64,000 bases of DNA from a virus: IMG/VR virus record IMGVR_UViG_3300045988_171858; one strand, 5' to 3'. Position numbers and translations under genes: made by a program. This document shows positions 15,744 through 27,056 of this stretch, in pieces. Each line of letters starts with the position of its first letter. Positions within the stretch are counted from its first letter, which is position 1. A model generated the notes under the pieces. That model searched no databases, was not told the DNA's origin, and worked only from the letters and a program-made list of their open reading frames with translations.

Positions 15744-15750
15744 GACACAG

Positions 15751-17661
15751 ATGGAATTAAGCAGAAAAGTTAGCCCAACGGCAAGTACAACATATGCAGT
15801 CGCCTATGCACAGCTTATTGTTGACCATTTCTCAAAAGCACTACAGGAAAACGGCTGCTTAATCCAAGTTCCTGTTGGGTTATATGTACAATTTGACGAC
15901 CAATATAACAGATTAGTAGATTATATAGAAAGCGCATTAAATGCTGGGAATATTGATAATGACCACAATGGGGATAAACTTGACTCTGTCGTTCATCCTA
16001 ACGGGGCTATTAACCCTAAGCACTTAGCTGCAATAAAGAGTGCAATCAGAAAGGCCAGTAACGACTGTTTTGCCTGTAATATTGAGAAGCCTAAGTTTGA
16101 TTTCAGTGGTATCTTCGGAAATCTGCTAAAAGATATTACGACATCGCTAGATCAATTCAGGAATATAGGTAAGTTCAATAAGGCATCGGTCTGCCAATAC
16201 GCATTCTTCCTATCGTATTTGTGCCTCCCTGATTTGCTTAAGTTGATAGCATTAATCCTGGCTGCAATCGTAAAGACGACGCAGAACATCCAATTACCAA
16301 GGCTAACGGTTGCAGTATTCATCAACGCTATTCTAGGCGCAATTATCGAGGCGCTAGTTAAAAATATTTCTGTATTGGCCAGATTTGCACTTACACCCGT
16401 GCTATGTATTCTGGATTCAATTGATTCTATTATTGACCAATTGCCAACTCCAGAGAATATCCGCAATACAAGTGCAGAGGAATTAAAGCAATTAGGCGTT
16501 AATAAGAAATTCCTTGATGGCGAATACGATACTAATCTCAAAAAGAAAACACAAGAGATTAGAAAACAATACACATCACGCGTAAACAAATATGCGGAAA
16601 CTGCCGAGCTGAATACAAGAAAACATGTAGAAGAGATTATGGGCCCTCTTCAAGAGACCATTAATCGCAGCGTTGAATCACTGAACAATTCAATTGCAGA
16701 GCTTACGGGCCTACTAAATCATTTTAGTTGTGAACCTGCTCGTTCAGGCTTGACTATTTCGCAATATCTGAGTAACCTATCAGAACTGATGGCAATGGCA
16801 AATCTTTTAAGGTACATTGTCAGAATGAAGTCTGGTAAAGCCGCAATTGAAAAAATTTGTAATGCTCCTGCCGGACAGCAAAACTTTGGCCAGGATAACG
16901 ACACAACCAATATAGACGGAAATTTATCAATCGGTAATATCGGCTCTGTAATAGCAGATACAATCGGTGCGGATATCGATCTAATTACAGATGAGAATGG
17001 AAACGCAATTGCTGTTGCAATCAAAGATAATGACGAGGGCAATAAAGACAACCTCTCATTCTATTCTTGTAATCTTGACGATTTTGCGAGGTCTGTGACT
17101 GTTCCAGGCCTAATTGAGGAGATCTCAAAGTACGATTTCCCAAGTATTAAAGTTGACGAATGGAATCCTTCTCCATGGAAGGTTACGGTTATTCCTGATT
17201 CTAAATACGACTACGGCCGCCCCAATACCTCTATTGTTCCATTGGTTATTAATACAGACGACCCAAATTGGAGTATTCCAAAACACATTCAAAATGTAAT
17301 AGGGTTTATAGATAAGTATAACGGAGCAACAGACCCTGCCAGAACATCTAATGATATTACATTCATTGATGAAGATCTAAATAGAATCATCAAAGACAGA
17401 CAAATCAAAACCGAAGACGACAACATCGTCGACGGTCTAACAGATTCCTCTGTAAGAATTGTTAATGAAGATGGCAGCGTTAAGATTATCGACTCTACTG
17501 GGCGTATACAGACAAACAACAGTGCACCAACACCGACTGCAGTCGAAAGCGTGGAAAGACTAATTGCAAACTTTAGCAATTCAAAAGCAAAAAATTCACC
17601 ACTTGGACAGCTAGACTGTATTACAGATATAGAAAACGTCCTTAATAAGCTCGGAGACTAA
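15751..17661 (+). CDS. hypothetical protein with central hydrophobic region
   Basis: The ORF track starts it at 15688, overlapping the previous gene by 56 nt. The in-frame ATG at 15751 (MELSRKV...) follows AGGA and avoids the overlap. Confidence 0.75.
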   Translation: MELSRKVSPTASTTYAVAYAQLIVDHFSKALQENGCLIQVPVGLYVQFDDQYNRLVDYIESALNAGNIDNDHNGDKLDSVVHPNGAINPKHLAAIKSAIRKASNDCFACNIEKPKFDFSGIFGNLLKDITTSLDQFRNIGKFNKASVCQYAFFLSYLCLPDLLKLIALILAAIVKTTQNIQLPRLTVAVFINAILGAIIEALVKNISVLARFALTPVLCILDSIDSIIDQLPTPENIRNTSAEELKQLGVNKKFLDGEYDTNLKKKTQEIRKQYTSRVNKYAETAELNTRKHVEEIMGPLQETINRSVESLNNSIAELTGLLNHFSCEPARSGLTISQYLSNLSELMAMANLLRYIVRMKSGKAAIEKICNAPAGQQNFGQDNDTTNIDGNLSIGNIGSVIADTIGADIDLITDENGNAIAVAIKDNDEGNKDNLSFYSCNLDDFARSVTVPGLIEEISKYDFPSIKVDEWNPSPWKVTVIPDSKYDYGRPNTSIVPLVINTDDPNWSIPKHIQNVIGFIDKYNGATDPARTSNDITFIDEDLNRIIKDRQIKTEDDNIVDGLTDSSVRIVNEDGSVKIIDSTGRIQTNNSAPTPTAVESVERLIANFSNSKAKNSPLGQLDCITDIENVLNKLGD

Positions 17662-17663
17662 CA

Positions 17664-19412
17664 ATGAAAAATGAAGATATGGGAATTCTTCTGAATACCA
17701 ATTATTCTTCAAATCCAAAGGTAATTAAGGATGCTCTAAGCAGTAAAGCTCTAGGTATCAGAAGACAGTCCCTATCAAATCCGGGGCTGTCTTATTTTGG
17801 CAAAAGAACCGGCGGATTTAATGATGTAATCTACAGTGGCTTCAAAAATCATGAGTATGATCTTTTTGAATACTCAAGAATTATTGATACAGAAGCTATT
17901 GTAGCCAAAGCATTCGAACGCCAGCGGGCCTTAATTTTTAAAAACGGCTTCTACTTCGAATCCAATAACCCGAAAAACGTTGAATATATCAAATCTCGAA
18001 TTAGAGAGATTGAGTATGTTACAGGCCTAACATTCCGTAACTTTATCGAAGAAATGGCATATAACCTTGTGATGTTTCACAACGCCTATATCCTTATGGT
18101 TAGAAATGAGGATAAGTCTACCGGAGAAACGGTAAATGTAGGCAATAAAGAGTTGCAGCCAATAGCAGGATGGTTTAATCTTCCAACTGAAACGATTCAA
18201 CGTAAACTGAAAGAAAACGGCGATGTCGAGATGTATAAGCAATATCTTGACCCGGCCACATTTAGATTATTTTCCCCAGAGAAAGTAAGGCATCTAAAAT
18301 ACAATGCCCGTTCAGGCTTCACTATGGGTACACCTCCATTAGAAGCAGTAAAAGACGACATCCTTGCATTGAGACGAATCGAAGAGTCAGTAGAGACATT
18401 GATCTACAAGGGTATCTTCCCTATGATTCATGTCAAGGTCGGTACAGAATCAAATCCGGCCAAAATCCTTATTGACGGAAGGGACGAAGTCGAAACGATG
18501 GGCTATGTAATGCAAGAGCTGGATGAGTACGGCGGCATTACTACAAGTGAGCGCGTAGAAGTAAAAGCAATCGGCTCAGAGTCACTAGCACTACGGGTAG
18601 AAAGCTATTTAGAATACTTCAAAGACCGCGTAATGTTAGGCCTTGGTGTTTCAGACATCGACATGGGTATCGGTGATTCCTCTGGTAAGGCTACCGGCCA
18701 AATCATCTCCCAAACTCTGAAAGAAGCAGTAATCAATAAACAAGATGCAATATCAGAGTTTATTACTCATGTTTTGTTTAAACCGCTTCTAGTGGAATCC
18801 GGAATGTATGAAGCAGAATACATGATCCCGGAAGAGGACCTGGTTAAGTTTAAATTTAATCATGTTGACCAGGACGCCCGTATTAAGATAGAATCACATA
18901 TCCTTAATATGTTCAACAGCGGCCTATTGTCCATCAATGAAGCCAGACTCGAAATTGGCTACAAAGAAATCGGCGATAAGGAAATTTCCAGAATCGGTAA
19001 AGACAAGGAAATGATCCTTCCGACATACCAGGTAGAAACAGCCAAGGTAGCAGCGGCAGCTGCTGCACAATCCAAAAAAGAGAATAGTTCTGGCAATAAG
19101 ACAAAAGCCGACGGCGCGAAGAAAGCTTCCGCATCTAAGACGAATCCAAAGAATCAGTTCAGTGATTCGCTATTTCCAATAGAAGAAATTAAGGCTGCAC
19201 TACCGAACAAAACGTTACTATCTGAATACATTGAGAATCATATAAAATCAGTAGTTGACATATCTGATTCACAAATGGATAATAACGTAAAAGATATTGT
19301 TTCTGTCTTCTCTGACGCTCTATATTTAGCTGGTCAGTCCGAAGATATCTCAGATTCAGATATCGAAGATTCACTTATTGAAATGTATGAGTTAGTTGGA
19401 GGAGAGTCATGA
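17664..19412 (+). CDS. portal protein candidate
   Basis: 582 aa, lying between terL and the prohead protease, with its stop overlapping the protease start. The call rests on size and synteny only. Confidence 0.55.
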   Translation: MKNEDMGILLNTNYSSNPKVIKDALSSKALGIRRQSLSNPGLSYFGKRTGGFNDVIYSGFKNHEYDLFEYSRIIDTEAIVAKAFERQRALIFKNGFYFESNNPKNVEYIKSRIREIEYVTGLTFRNFIEEMAYNLVMFHNAYILMVRNEDKSTGETVNVGNKELQPIAGWFNLPTETIQRKLKENGDVEMYKQYLDPATFRLFSPEKVRHLKYNARSGFTMGTPPLEAVKDDILALRRIEESVETLIYKGIFPMIHVKVGTESNPAKILIDGRDEVETMGYVMQELDEYGGITTSERVEVKAIGSESLALRVESYLEYFKDRVMLGLGVSDIDMGIGDSSGKATGQIISQTLKEAVINKQDAISEFITHVLFKPLLVESGMYEAEYMIPEEDLVKFKFNHVDQDARIKIESHILNMFNSGLLSINEARLEIGYKEIGDKEISRIGKDKEMILPTYQVETAKVAAAAAAQSKKENSSGNKTKADGAKKASASKTNPKNQFSDSLFPIEEIKAALPNKTLLSEYIENHIKSVVDISDSQMDNNVKDIVSVFSDALYLAGQSEDISDSDIEDSLIEMYELVGGES

Positions 19413-21076
19413 GGCCTTTTAATGACCGCTTCGAGACAACTGCAAGAGTAAGTGTAGGAGAAGAGATTCAACAACGAATCTCTGATTCCTTATCTAATGG
19501 TTCAAAAGTAAAAAGCATCACTGTAAAAATGGAGGCTACGCACTCCGGTCGTCCAAATGGAAACAACTGGATTTACACTCCGCGCGGCATGGCTGATGGA
19601 TACGGTTCATTCGTATCCCCAGTATTCAAGCCTGTAACGGAAGAGCATAGACCAGATTCCAGAACACTGGGCCGCGTCATTTCATCTAAGTACGTTAAGT
19701 ACGAGGGTTTTAGTGATTCATTTAATAACCTATCTCCTGTAGAATATCTCAATAAAGTAAAAGAGCTAGGTCTAGATAAGAAATATCGAGAACGGGGCTA
19801 CAAAGGGCTTGGTCATATCGAGCTGGTTGCCAAGATTACAGATAAAGAGGCAATCGATAAAATTCTCGATGGAGAGTTTGGGTTCGTATCCGTGGATGGT
19901 AGAGTCCAGGATGCGTATTGTTCCATTTGCTCAACAAAGGTAAATTCACCCAATCGCTGCGAACACAGACGCGGCGTTAAATATGGGAATGAAAAATGCT
20001 ATTACGTCGGAGGCAAAATGCACTTCGACCACATATCATATGTTGCCACACCAGCAGATAGTAATGCTGTTGCGACATTAATTCGGGATAGTAAAAATAG
20101 TCAATCCCATCTACAGATATTAGATTTTGAAATAGAAGAAGGTAAACAGATGACAGTAAAAATCGAAGACATTAATAAGTCTAGCGAGCCACTTGTCGAA
20201 TATGCCAAAACTCTGGGGATTAAAGACTATCAGCTTCCCTCTGAGGAAGGCCTAACTGTTCTGGATTATGTTTTTGGCGAACAAAAAACTTTCCCGATTG
20301 CCGACAAATTGTCAGCAGCTCTGGCTAAGTCTTACTTCAGCACAAAAATCAGCGATTCAGCAGACAAAGAACCAATCCTTACGCTGATCGAAGACAAACT
20401 TCAAGAGCTTGGCGTTGAAGATCCAGATACAGTTATTGCTGATGCAGTTAAAGCCAGCGAAACTCCGGAAGAGCCAGAACAAAAGGTTTCTGACAATGTT
20501 GAGCCAGGTGCGGCTACCGCTACGTTCGATGCTGATGCCGTCGCAGAGAAACTTGCAGTCGCAATCGCTGACAAGCTCCAAGACATTATTGCCGGCAATG
20601 CAAACAACTATCTGAGCTCACAAAACAAAGTTCTGCGCCAAGAACTGGCCAATAAAACGATCGAACTTGTAAAAGTTCAGGACGCGTTGAAAGAGTCTGT
20701 GGTTACTCAGATTTCAGCTCTTGAAAAGATTTCAGACTCTGCTAAAATTGAAGAACTGAAATCACGAAGCCTTGATTCTCTTTCTGACAAACTGAAAGAC
20801 CTTCAAGCTGCAAACGCTGAAGTCCCTGCCGAAAAGGTTTCCGATTCAGCAGAAACTGAAACTAAAGAACCTCTAGAGCCTGGTTCCGTTAAAATCGAGG
20901 ACAGCGCAGGCGAAACTATTACTGAAGAAGGCGCAACCGAAGTTAAAATTGAAGACGGTTTAGTTTTCGCAAGTAAAGAAGAAGCTCGAAAAGAGTTCCT
21001 GAGCGTTCTAAATAAAAAAGGTGCTGCCGCAGCTAAAGCGTTTGCAGCAAAAGTAAAAATCAAAGGCGAAAGCTAA
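19409..21076 (+). CDS. prohead protease (HK97/S78-like) fused to an acidic scaffold-like C-terminal region
   Basis: The N-terminal ~230 aa ends in HISYVATPADSNA, which resembles the ..S.V..PA.. motif closing HK97-family proteases. A CxxC...CEH zinc-ribbon-like insert is present. The C-terminal ~320 aa is rich in A/E/K/D and coiled-coil-like. It sits directly upstream of the capsid genes. Confidence 0.55.
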   Translation: MRPFNDRFETTARVSVGEEIQQRISDSLSNGSKVKSITVKMEATHSGRPNGNNWIYTPRGMADGYGSFVSPVFKPVTEEHRPDSRTLGRVISSKYVKYEGFSDSFNNLSPVEYLNKVKELGLDKKYRERGYKGLGHIELVAKITDKEAIDKILDGEFGFVSVDGRVQDAYCSICSTKVNSPNRCEHRRGVKYGNEKCYYVGGKMHFDHISYVATPADSNAVATLIRDSKNSQSHLQILDFEIEEGKQMTVKIEDINKSSEPLVEYAKTLGIKDYQLPSEEGLTVLDYVFGEQKTFPIADKLSAALAKSYFSTKISDSADKEPILTLIEDKLQELGVEDPDTVIADAVKASETPEEPEQKVSDNVEPGAATATFDADAVAEKLAVAIADKLQDIIAGNANNYLSSQNKVLRQELANKTIELVKVQDALKESVVTQISALEKISDSAKIEELKSRSLDSLSDKLKDLQAANAEVPAEKVSDSAETETKEPLEPGSVKIEDSAGETITEEGATEVKIEDGLVFASKEEARKEFLSVLNKKGAAAAKAFAAKVKIKGES

Positions 21077-21098
21077 AATCTCCGGAGAATAATCCACA

Positions 21099-21977
21099 AT
21101 GTTCCAATATCAAAACGTAGCTGCTAACGCTCCTAAAACCAAACACTATAGCCGTGAGAACTGGGCAACTCCTAACGTCATGTTCTCAGAAGGTATGCAC
21201 CCAGCTGGTCAATTTATGCCAGCTCCTTACCTGCCGCTGATTCGTGTTCCTTCAAAAGATATTAAAACTCACGTCGTAATTTCAACTGGTAAAGTTGTTG
21301 CATTCGACAGCAATGGTTATCTGGTTCCTGCCGGTTTGGCCGAATCTGATGCAGTTTACACCGAACTGGACGTTCAAGAAGGCATCATCGGTCCTGATGG
21401 TCAACCAGTTACCGCCGGTCAAAAAGTCAAAGATAAACTGACCGCCGCTAACCTGACTATTTCTGCTCCTGTTGGTGTTGCATTGTATGACTTCTGGCGT
21501 CATCCAGGTGGCGACGGTATCAACCCTGCTCACTTCAACTACCAAAACCTGAACTACCAACACCGCGTTCAATTCGTATGCGACTACATGATCGAATTGC
21601 CATTGGTTGAATCTGACGCTGAGTACGAAAAAGCTCCTCTGAAAGGTATCTCTGCATTTATTGCTGCTAAAGGCGCAAATGCTGGCACCGGCACTCTGGC
21701 CGACTTCACTTCAGTTAAACCTGGTGACTTCGTTACCTTCGACAAAAACTCCAATATGGTTGTTGCTCAAGCTACGACCGCTAAAGAAAAAATCCTCGGT
21801 CAAGTTCTGCAAGTTGTTAAACCTCAAGAAGACAGCCTGTTGAAACTGGTTCGCACTAGCTCTGCTGGTGGCCATGACCTGGACAAAATGCCTGGTACTG
21901 CCACTAAAGGTGCAGAACATAAAGTTGCTTACTCTAACGGTTACGGCCTGGTTCGTGTTAACCTGATTAACCGCTAA
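21099..21977 (+). CDS. abundant head protein (decoration or auxiliary capsid protein candidate)
   Basis: 292 aa, with strongly biased codon choice (CTG, CGT, GGT, AAC, TTC) like the neighbouring capsid gene. It lies between the protease/scaffold and the major capsid protein. Confidence 0.45.
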   Translation: MFQYQNVAANAPKTKHYSRENWATPNVMFSEGMHPAGQFMPAPYLPLIRVPSKDIKTHVVISTGKVVAFDSNGYLVPAGLAESDAVYTELDVQEGIIGPDGQPVTAGQKVKDKLTAANLTISAPVGVALYDFWRHPGGDGINPAHFNYQNLNYQHRVQFVCDYMIELPLVESDAEYEKAPLKGISAFIAAKGANAGTGTLADFTSVKPGDFVTFDKNSNMVVAQATTAKEKILGQVLQVVKPQEDSLLKLVRTSSAGGHDLDKMPGTATKGAEHKVAYSNGYGLVRVNLINR

Positions 21978-22006
21978 TCCAACAATCATAGGAATAAATA
22001 AATAAT

Positions 22007-23263
22007 ATGTCTAAAAAATTCGACAAAACTTACGCAGACGAAGCACAAAGCATTCAATTTATTCGTGGTCTGTTTGACAACGGCGGCAAAACTGTAGACG
22101 GTGAGCAAATCTCTATCAGCGACGCCATGACCGGCAATATCGAAAGCCTGAAAGTTTCAGATGCTTTTGCAACTCCTAACTTCCCAATTGCGTTCAAACG
22201 CGTTATCGAAGAGTTCGTAATCGACGCAATCGAGCCGAACCTGATTGGTCACAAACTGTTGCAAACCATTCACATTGACCCGAACATCACTCAGGTAAAT
22301 ATCAGCACTTACGGTGCTATCGAAGTTGGTGACAACTCTGTTGCTGAAGGTGGCGAATACCCAGAAGTTAGCACCACTAACGGTGGTGGTCAACTCTACG
22401 CTGGAGTTGGCAAATACGGTAACCGTATGCGTATCACTGAAGAAATGCTGCGCAACTCCCAATGGGACGTTATTGCATTCCACCTGACTCGCTTGGGTCG
22501 TGCAATGGCTCGCGCTAAAGAGCAAAACATCTTCCGTATGATCAACTCTGCCGGTGTGGTTGTATTCGACAACGACAATCCTACTCAATCTATCCTGGGT
22601 CGTACTACCGGTCGTGATATCTCTGGTGCTGGTAACGGTTCCTTCACCGCTGACGATATGTACGATATGTATGCAAACATGCTGGAGCGTGGTTACAAAC
22701 CTAACGTTATCCTGTGTCACCCATTGGCTTGGGCTACCTTCACTAAAGACCCGGTTCTGCGCGAATACGCTCTGAAAAATGGCTCTTTGGACAAATGGTT
22801 TACCAGCATGCCTACCCAAAAAATCGGTGGTGATGTTCCAGAAGCATACCGTCGTTTCAGCCGTATGTCTGGTCGTCCAGCTACTCCGCTGGCTCCTGAA
22901 GAGCGCGTTGGTACTCAAGATACTCCGTTCGAGTTTCCTTCTTACTTCCCTGGTACTGCCGGTCTGACTATCATGACCTCTCATTATGTACCGTTCGATG
23001 CTGAGAAGAAAACCACTTCTATCATCATGTTGGACACCAACGAGTTGGGCGCAATCTTCGTTCAAGAAGAACCTACCGTTGACCAATGGGATGACCCAGC
23101 ACGTGACATCCAAAACATCAAAATCCGTGAACGTTACGGTCTGGCTCTGTTCAACGACGGCCAAGCAGTTTCTATCGCTAAGAATGTCAGCATTGAACCT
23201 AACGAAGTTGTTCTGCCTCCTCAAGCAGTCGTTAGCGATTTGCCACGTATTCAACGCAAGTAA
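22007..23263 (+). CDS. major capsid protein (HK97-fold type)
   Basis: 418 aa, downstream of the protease/scaffold, with high-expression codon usage that leaves the antisense strand open. It is followed by a strong terminator. The general sequence pattern is typical of HK97-like capsid proteins. Confidence 0.75.
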   Translation: MSKKFDKTYADEAQSIQFIRGLFDNGGKTVDGEQISISDAMTGNIESLKVSDAFATPNFPIAFKRVIEEFVIDAIEPNLIGHKLLQTIHIDPNITQVNISTYGAIEVGDNSVAEGGEYPEVSTTNGGGQLYAGVGKYGNRMRITEEMLRNSQWDVIAFHLTRLGRAMARAKEQNIFRMINSAGVVVFDNDNPTQSILGRTTGRDISGAGNGSFTADDMYDMYANMLERGYKPNVILCHPLAWATFTKDPVLREYALKNGSLDKWFTSMPTQKIGGDVPEAYRRFSRMSGRPATPLAPEERVGTQDTPFEFPSYFPGTAGLTIMTSHYVPFDAEKKTTSIIMLDTNELGAIFVQEEPTVDQWDDPARDIQNIKIRERYGLALFNDGQAVSIAKNVSIEPNEVVLPPQAVVSDLPRIQRK

Positions 23264-23311
23264 TTTTTCAAAACTAGGTATATAATATACTCATAGTTGA
23301 TTAAACAACAT

Positions 23312-23349
23312 GGGGGTAGGGCTAGAACTCCCTGCCCCCATTTTTATTT
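23312..23349 (+). terminator. rho-independent terminator after the capsid gene
   Basis: GGGGGTAGGG (23312-23321) pairs with CCCTGCCCCC (23330-23339), followed by ATTTTTATTT. Confidence 0.8.
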
Positions 23350-23358
23350 GGTGATTTA

Positions 23359-23931
23359 ATGAAAGCATTACAAGCAAAAGTAAAACTGCTGACGCAGACA
23401 TTCCTGTTTGGCGAAAAGATTCATCTGCGCCGCAACCAAGAGGTTGTGTATGATTTGTCCAAGCTGACTATCGGCGATTTGGAAATCCTTGCACACCATA
23501 TTCGTCGTGGCGAAATCGAGTCTACTATCCCTTCAGAAAAGTTCGTTGAACGCGCCGGTGCTCTTCGTAAAGAAGTCCAACAGGGCAAATACGACAACTT
23601 GCTGAAGATTGAAGATACCGAAGAAGTCCGTGTACTTGATGCAGAAATCGAACTCGAAGATGGCACTAAAACCACCATCGCTGCATTGGAAGAAGCACAA
23701 AAAGAAGATCCACGAGTTAAGTTTATCCAAGATAAAATCCTGGACGCTTCAACTTCTTTGGCAATGATTGCAGCTAAAAATATTCCCAATGTAGACTTGG
23801 AAATTATCGAGTTTGCAAAAACATCCGAAACTAACGGCAAAAACCGTAAAGGCGTATTGTCATCTCTGGAAGCAGAAGTTAAACGTTTAAGCGCAGAAGC
23901 TGAAAACCAAGCTGAAGAAAAATCAGAATAA
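23359..23931 (+). CDS. hypothetical acidic protein
   Basis: 190-aa ORF, the first gene after the capsid terminator. Confidence 0.7.
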   Translation: MKALQAKVKLLTQTFLFGEKIHLRRNQEVVYDLSKLTIGDLEILAHHIRRGEIESTIPSEKFVERAGALRKEVQQGKYDNLLKIEDTEEVRVLDAEIELEDGTKTTIAALEEAQKEDPRVKFIQDKILDASTSLAMIAAKNIPNVDLEIIEFAKTSETNGKNRKGVLSSLEAEVKRLSAEAENQAEEKSE

Positions 23932-23953
23932 TCTTATTCATGGATAGCAGATA

Positions 23954-25054
23954 ATGTCAGAAAAACTAACAGTAGAAAAGGCTCTAAACACACAAGAGCA
24001 ACTTGAATTCATGCCTCTTAAAGGGTCTTTGAAACTTAAGTTATCTGAACCGGTGAGCCTAGAGACTTTAAGGCCTCATGTTGCTATCCTTAGAGTCGGG
24101 AAAGCATCCGGACTAAAAGAGCTAAGAAAGTCTTATAGTGATGCCTATAAGACTGACCGCTCCGCCTACGTTGACTTTGACATTTCAATTAACGGCACAG
24201 AAGTAACAATAACTCCAATCAATCCATTCGAAGAGTTATCTGATTATGCCCTTTATCTAACAAGGGACATTAAATCCGTCTCTATGGAAATCCTTATAGA
24301 TGGAGAACCTGCTGAAGGAAAGGTTGAAGTAAATCCTCCAGTCGAGCAGGTTACAGAAATTGCTCCTGTTGGTAAGCCATTTACAAGGGGCGGAAAGAAA
24401 TACGTTCTAGCTGATATCTATATCGCCGGCAAGAAAGTAAAAGAAAAAAGTATCCTCAACCTAGAGGACGGATTTACAGTAGAAGAATCCACAATAACAA
24501 TTACCGACCCTTCTTCTATTGGAATTATCAAGATAACTCCGACAGTAAGGTCTGAATCTGAACACGACTATATTCTCAAATTTAAGACTGGTCAAAAACA
24601 TCCAATCGAAGATATCACGCCAGAGGGCACTTCGTCTAGAGTAACAGCAGAACAGCTATATGAATTCTACCAGAATCCATACGACATGATTCTGCATACT
24701 AAGTCTGGAAAAACAGACGTGCCATCCATTGGGTCAGCGTCCGCAAAGAAGGAGCCCGACGAAATTGAACCGGAAGTAGAAATCAGGCTCCCGAATAAAA
24801 TAATCTTCAACTTCGATAAGGAGCTGGCAGAGGTTCCTGTTGACCTGGCGGAATTTGAATTCGACATTACTGAGGCATTTGGCAATCAGCATCTTGGCCC
24901 TATGGGCTTATTCAAAGAAGATGCATCATATATCCTAGAGTTCTCTACAATTAGAAGAAACAAAGCACTGCAAATCGAAGTAATCGAAAACACCGACGAA
25001 GAGCCGCACGACCAATATGAACTGAGGTGGAAACATGAGCCTGATTCACAGTAA
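23954..25054 (+). CDS. hypothetical structural-module protein
   Basis: 366-aa ORF in the co-oriented packed array. Confidence 0.75.
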   Translation: MSEKLTVEKALNTQEQLEFMPLKGSLKLKLSEPVSLETLRPHVAILRVGKASGLKELRKSYSDAYKTDRSAYVDFDISINGTEVTITPINPFEELSDYALYLTRDIKSVSMEILIDGEPAEGKVEVNPPVEQVTEIAPVGKPFTRGGKKYVLADIYIAGKKVKEKSILNLEDGFTVEESTITITDPSSIGIIKITPTVRSESEHDYILKFKTGQKHPIEDITPEGTSSRVTAEQLYEFYQNPYDMILHTKSGKTDVPSIGSASAKKEPDEIEPEVEIRLPNKIIFNFDKELAEVPVDLAEFEFDITEAFGNQHLGPMGLFKEDASYILEFSTIRRNKALQIEVIENTDEEPHDQYELRWKHEPDSQ

Positions 25055-26519
25055 CACCTTAGCCGGTAAAAACTGGAAAGAACCAGACCCTAATACGGGG
25101 ATTCCATCTAGTAGGGTTTACAATACGGTTGGAACATTTGCAATTCCGTCTGTTCATGCATCATTTGATGGCTTTGAAGGCCCAAAGAAAAACAAGATTC
25201 TTATCTACGATGAGAAGCCGGGTCGCAAGAAAAGAGTGATTAAAACGGAGCTTACGTTTAGAGAGCCGTTTCACTCCTTCAAATATTTCGAGGCTCTTGG
25301 TTCTACATACGGTATGCACGAAGTCATCAACGAAAGGGAGACTATGGGTGAAGACCCATCCCCGATCGTTGAAAGATGGAAGGCCGAACCAGTATATATC
25401 GAGCGTTATTCTTCAATGCGTCCTTCTATTACCCTGAGCTATAACAATAGTGATGAAGATATTTGCGGCTTTATGGAGGAGATTACAAAGTCCAACGAAG
25501 CAACAGATAATGGCTTCAAGATTTCCTTTGAAGAGTTGGCCAAAGAAATTGACGGTAGAAAGTATATTGAGTTTCATATCGGCGAATTCCATCTTTTGCC
25601 CAACACCCCTCTAGCAATTCATCGCTGCAATCTTTCGGCGGATATCCTTACATTTAAAAAGGGATTCAAGGCGTTCAAAGATAGCGACTCCTTAAAATCT
25701 GACGTTATTCCGGTTCAAAGGATTTCTCCGACAGCTAACCACTTCCTGGAGTTCTACGTTGGTATCGTAAGAATGAAGGACAGCTCAGTTAGACCAAGAG
25801 AGTTTAACGATAAAGAAATCGACATTCGTCATCCAAACAATATGGAAGGCGGCGCCCAAATAAGATGGAAATCTCTAGCAGATTCGTGTATGGAATGGGT
25901 AAGAGTTTACGACGGCACAGACCTAAAAAGACTGTTGAGTAAAGACATCTACAGTTCCGGTCATTATGTATTAAACACCCGTTGCCGCATTGATTTAGAA
26001 AAACTCAAAGCACATCTAGCAACACTAGAACTTACAGAAGAATCTCAACTGATCATACATCCTCCATCATTCAATATCTTAGCGTTCGACACACTAAACC
26101 TGCTAACAGAGCCAAGACACTCCAGACTTATTACAAGGCTGGATAAAGTTGAATTTGAAGTCCAGCGCAACTACAAAAGTAACGGCGGGTTTCATTACAG
26201 GATTATGGTTCATAACGAGGATAAGACAACCTTACTATTCTCGGATTCGACAGACTCTGCAGTCGGCGTTACAATCCTTAAAGATTCTGGTGTGGCTGGC
26301 AATAAGGGCACATGGAGATGGTCTAGTCTTCAAGGTAGAGACATCGGTGGGCTTCCAATTCCGTTTAGCAACTCCTACGTTAATAACGCTGGCATAAACA
26401 CGGAACTATACGGTAAAATAATATACACATTTAATGAATCGGTCTCGGAGTGGTTAAGCCGTTACCGCAAGATATACATAACACTAGAAACAAACGACGG
26501 GACTGTATTAAATGGCTAA
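25035..26519 (+). CDS. hypothetical structural-module protein
   Basis: 494-aa ORF that overlaps its neighbours by a few codons. Confidence 0.75.
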   Translation: MSLIHSNTLAGKNWKEPDPNTGIPSSRVYNTVGTFAIPSVHASFDGFEGPKKNKILIYDEKPGRKKRVIKTELTFREPFHSFKYFEALGSTYGMHEVINERETMGEDPSPIVERWKAEPVYIERYSSMRPSITLSYNNSDEDICGFMEEITKSNEATDNGFKISFEELAKEIDGRKYIEFHIGEFHLLPNTPLAIHRCNLSADILTFKKGFKAFKDSDSLKSDVIPVQRISPTANHFLEFYVGIVRMKDSSVRPREFNDKEIDIRHPNNMEGGAQIRWKSLADSCMEWVRVYDGTDLKRLLSKDIYSSGHYVLNTRCRIDLEKLKAHLATLELTEESQLIIHPPSFNILAFDTLNLLTEPRHSRLITRLDKVEFEVQRNYKSNGGFHYRIMVHNEDKTTLLFSDSTDSAVGVTILKDSGVAGNKGTWRWSSLQGRDIGGLPIPFSNSYVNNAGINTELYGKIIYTFNESVSEWLSRYRKIYITLETNDGTVLNG

Positions 26520-27039
26520 TATCGAAGTCAGACTATCAACTGGTAGCACCACGTCAACAAACTTGTCAGAGCCAAACAAATCTCTTGGCGGCAAGATGGC
26601 ACAAAGTGCAAACGAAAATGTTTCCTTCATCCTCGGTCAAAACAGCATGGTTCTTAATAACCTCTGGGATGACATCACACAAATGGATAGCGAAAACAGA
26701 GCATCGGATTACCGATGTGTCTACATTTACAATAATCCTACCGGCTCCCGTAAAGGGCCGGCAATGGGTATGAAGTTTATTCTATCTTCAAACTCATATG
26801 CAAAATTCCAGGCTGGCAAGGCGCCGCTACCAAATACTGACGCAAATATCATCACGGATGAACTTCAAGCTCCAACAGGTATTTCATTCGAAGACCATAC
26901 AAAAGACAGCCCTCTCCTATTGGGCACACTAAACCCAGGTGAGTACCAGGCAGTATGGCTAAAACGAACACCAACAAATGTATCAGGAGCAGGTGAAGTT
27001 CGAGAGTTTATGGACTTTACTCTTACCGCAAGTACGTAA
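26512..27039 (+). CDS. hypothetical virion-module protein
   Basis: 175-aa ORF. Its N-terminal LSTGSTTSTNLSEPNKSLGG and the YRCVYIYN motif look familiar from other phage structural proteins, but I cannot name the family. Confidence 0.7.
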   Translation: MANIEVRLSTGSTTSTNLSEPNKSLGGKMAQSANENVSFILGQNSMVLNNLWDDITQMDSENRASDYRCVYIYNNPTGSRKGPAMGMKFILSSNSYAKFQAGKAPLPNTDANIITDELQAPTGISFEDHTKDSPLLLGTLNPGEYQAVWLKRTPTNVSGAGEVREFMDFTLTAST

Positions 27040-27056
27040 TACAAAGAGGGCTGGCA

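Noticed and set aside
15688-15750. Track-proposed start at 15688 for the 657-aa ORF.
   Set aside because: It would overlap the preceding gene by 56 nt and add an Arg-rich leader. The in-frame ATG at 15751, preceded by AGGA, is more plausible, so the CDS is reported from 15751.
22157-23254. 365-aa minus-strand ORF antisense to the major capsid gene, plus smaller overlapping ORFs at 22396-23285.
   Set aside because: The sense gene's strongly biased codon usage removes stop codons on the opposite strand. The antisense ORF has no RBS and an odd, low-complexity-like composition, and it is fully embedded in a well-supported gene.
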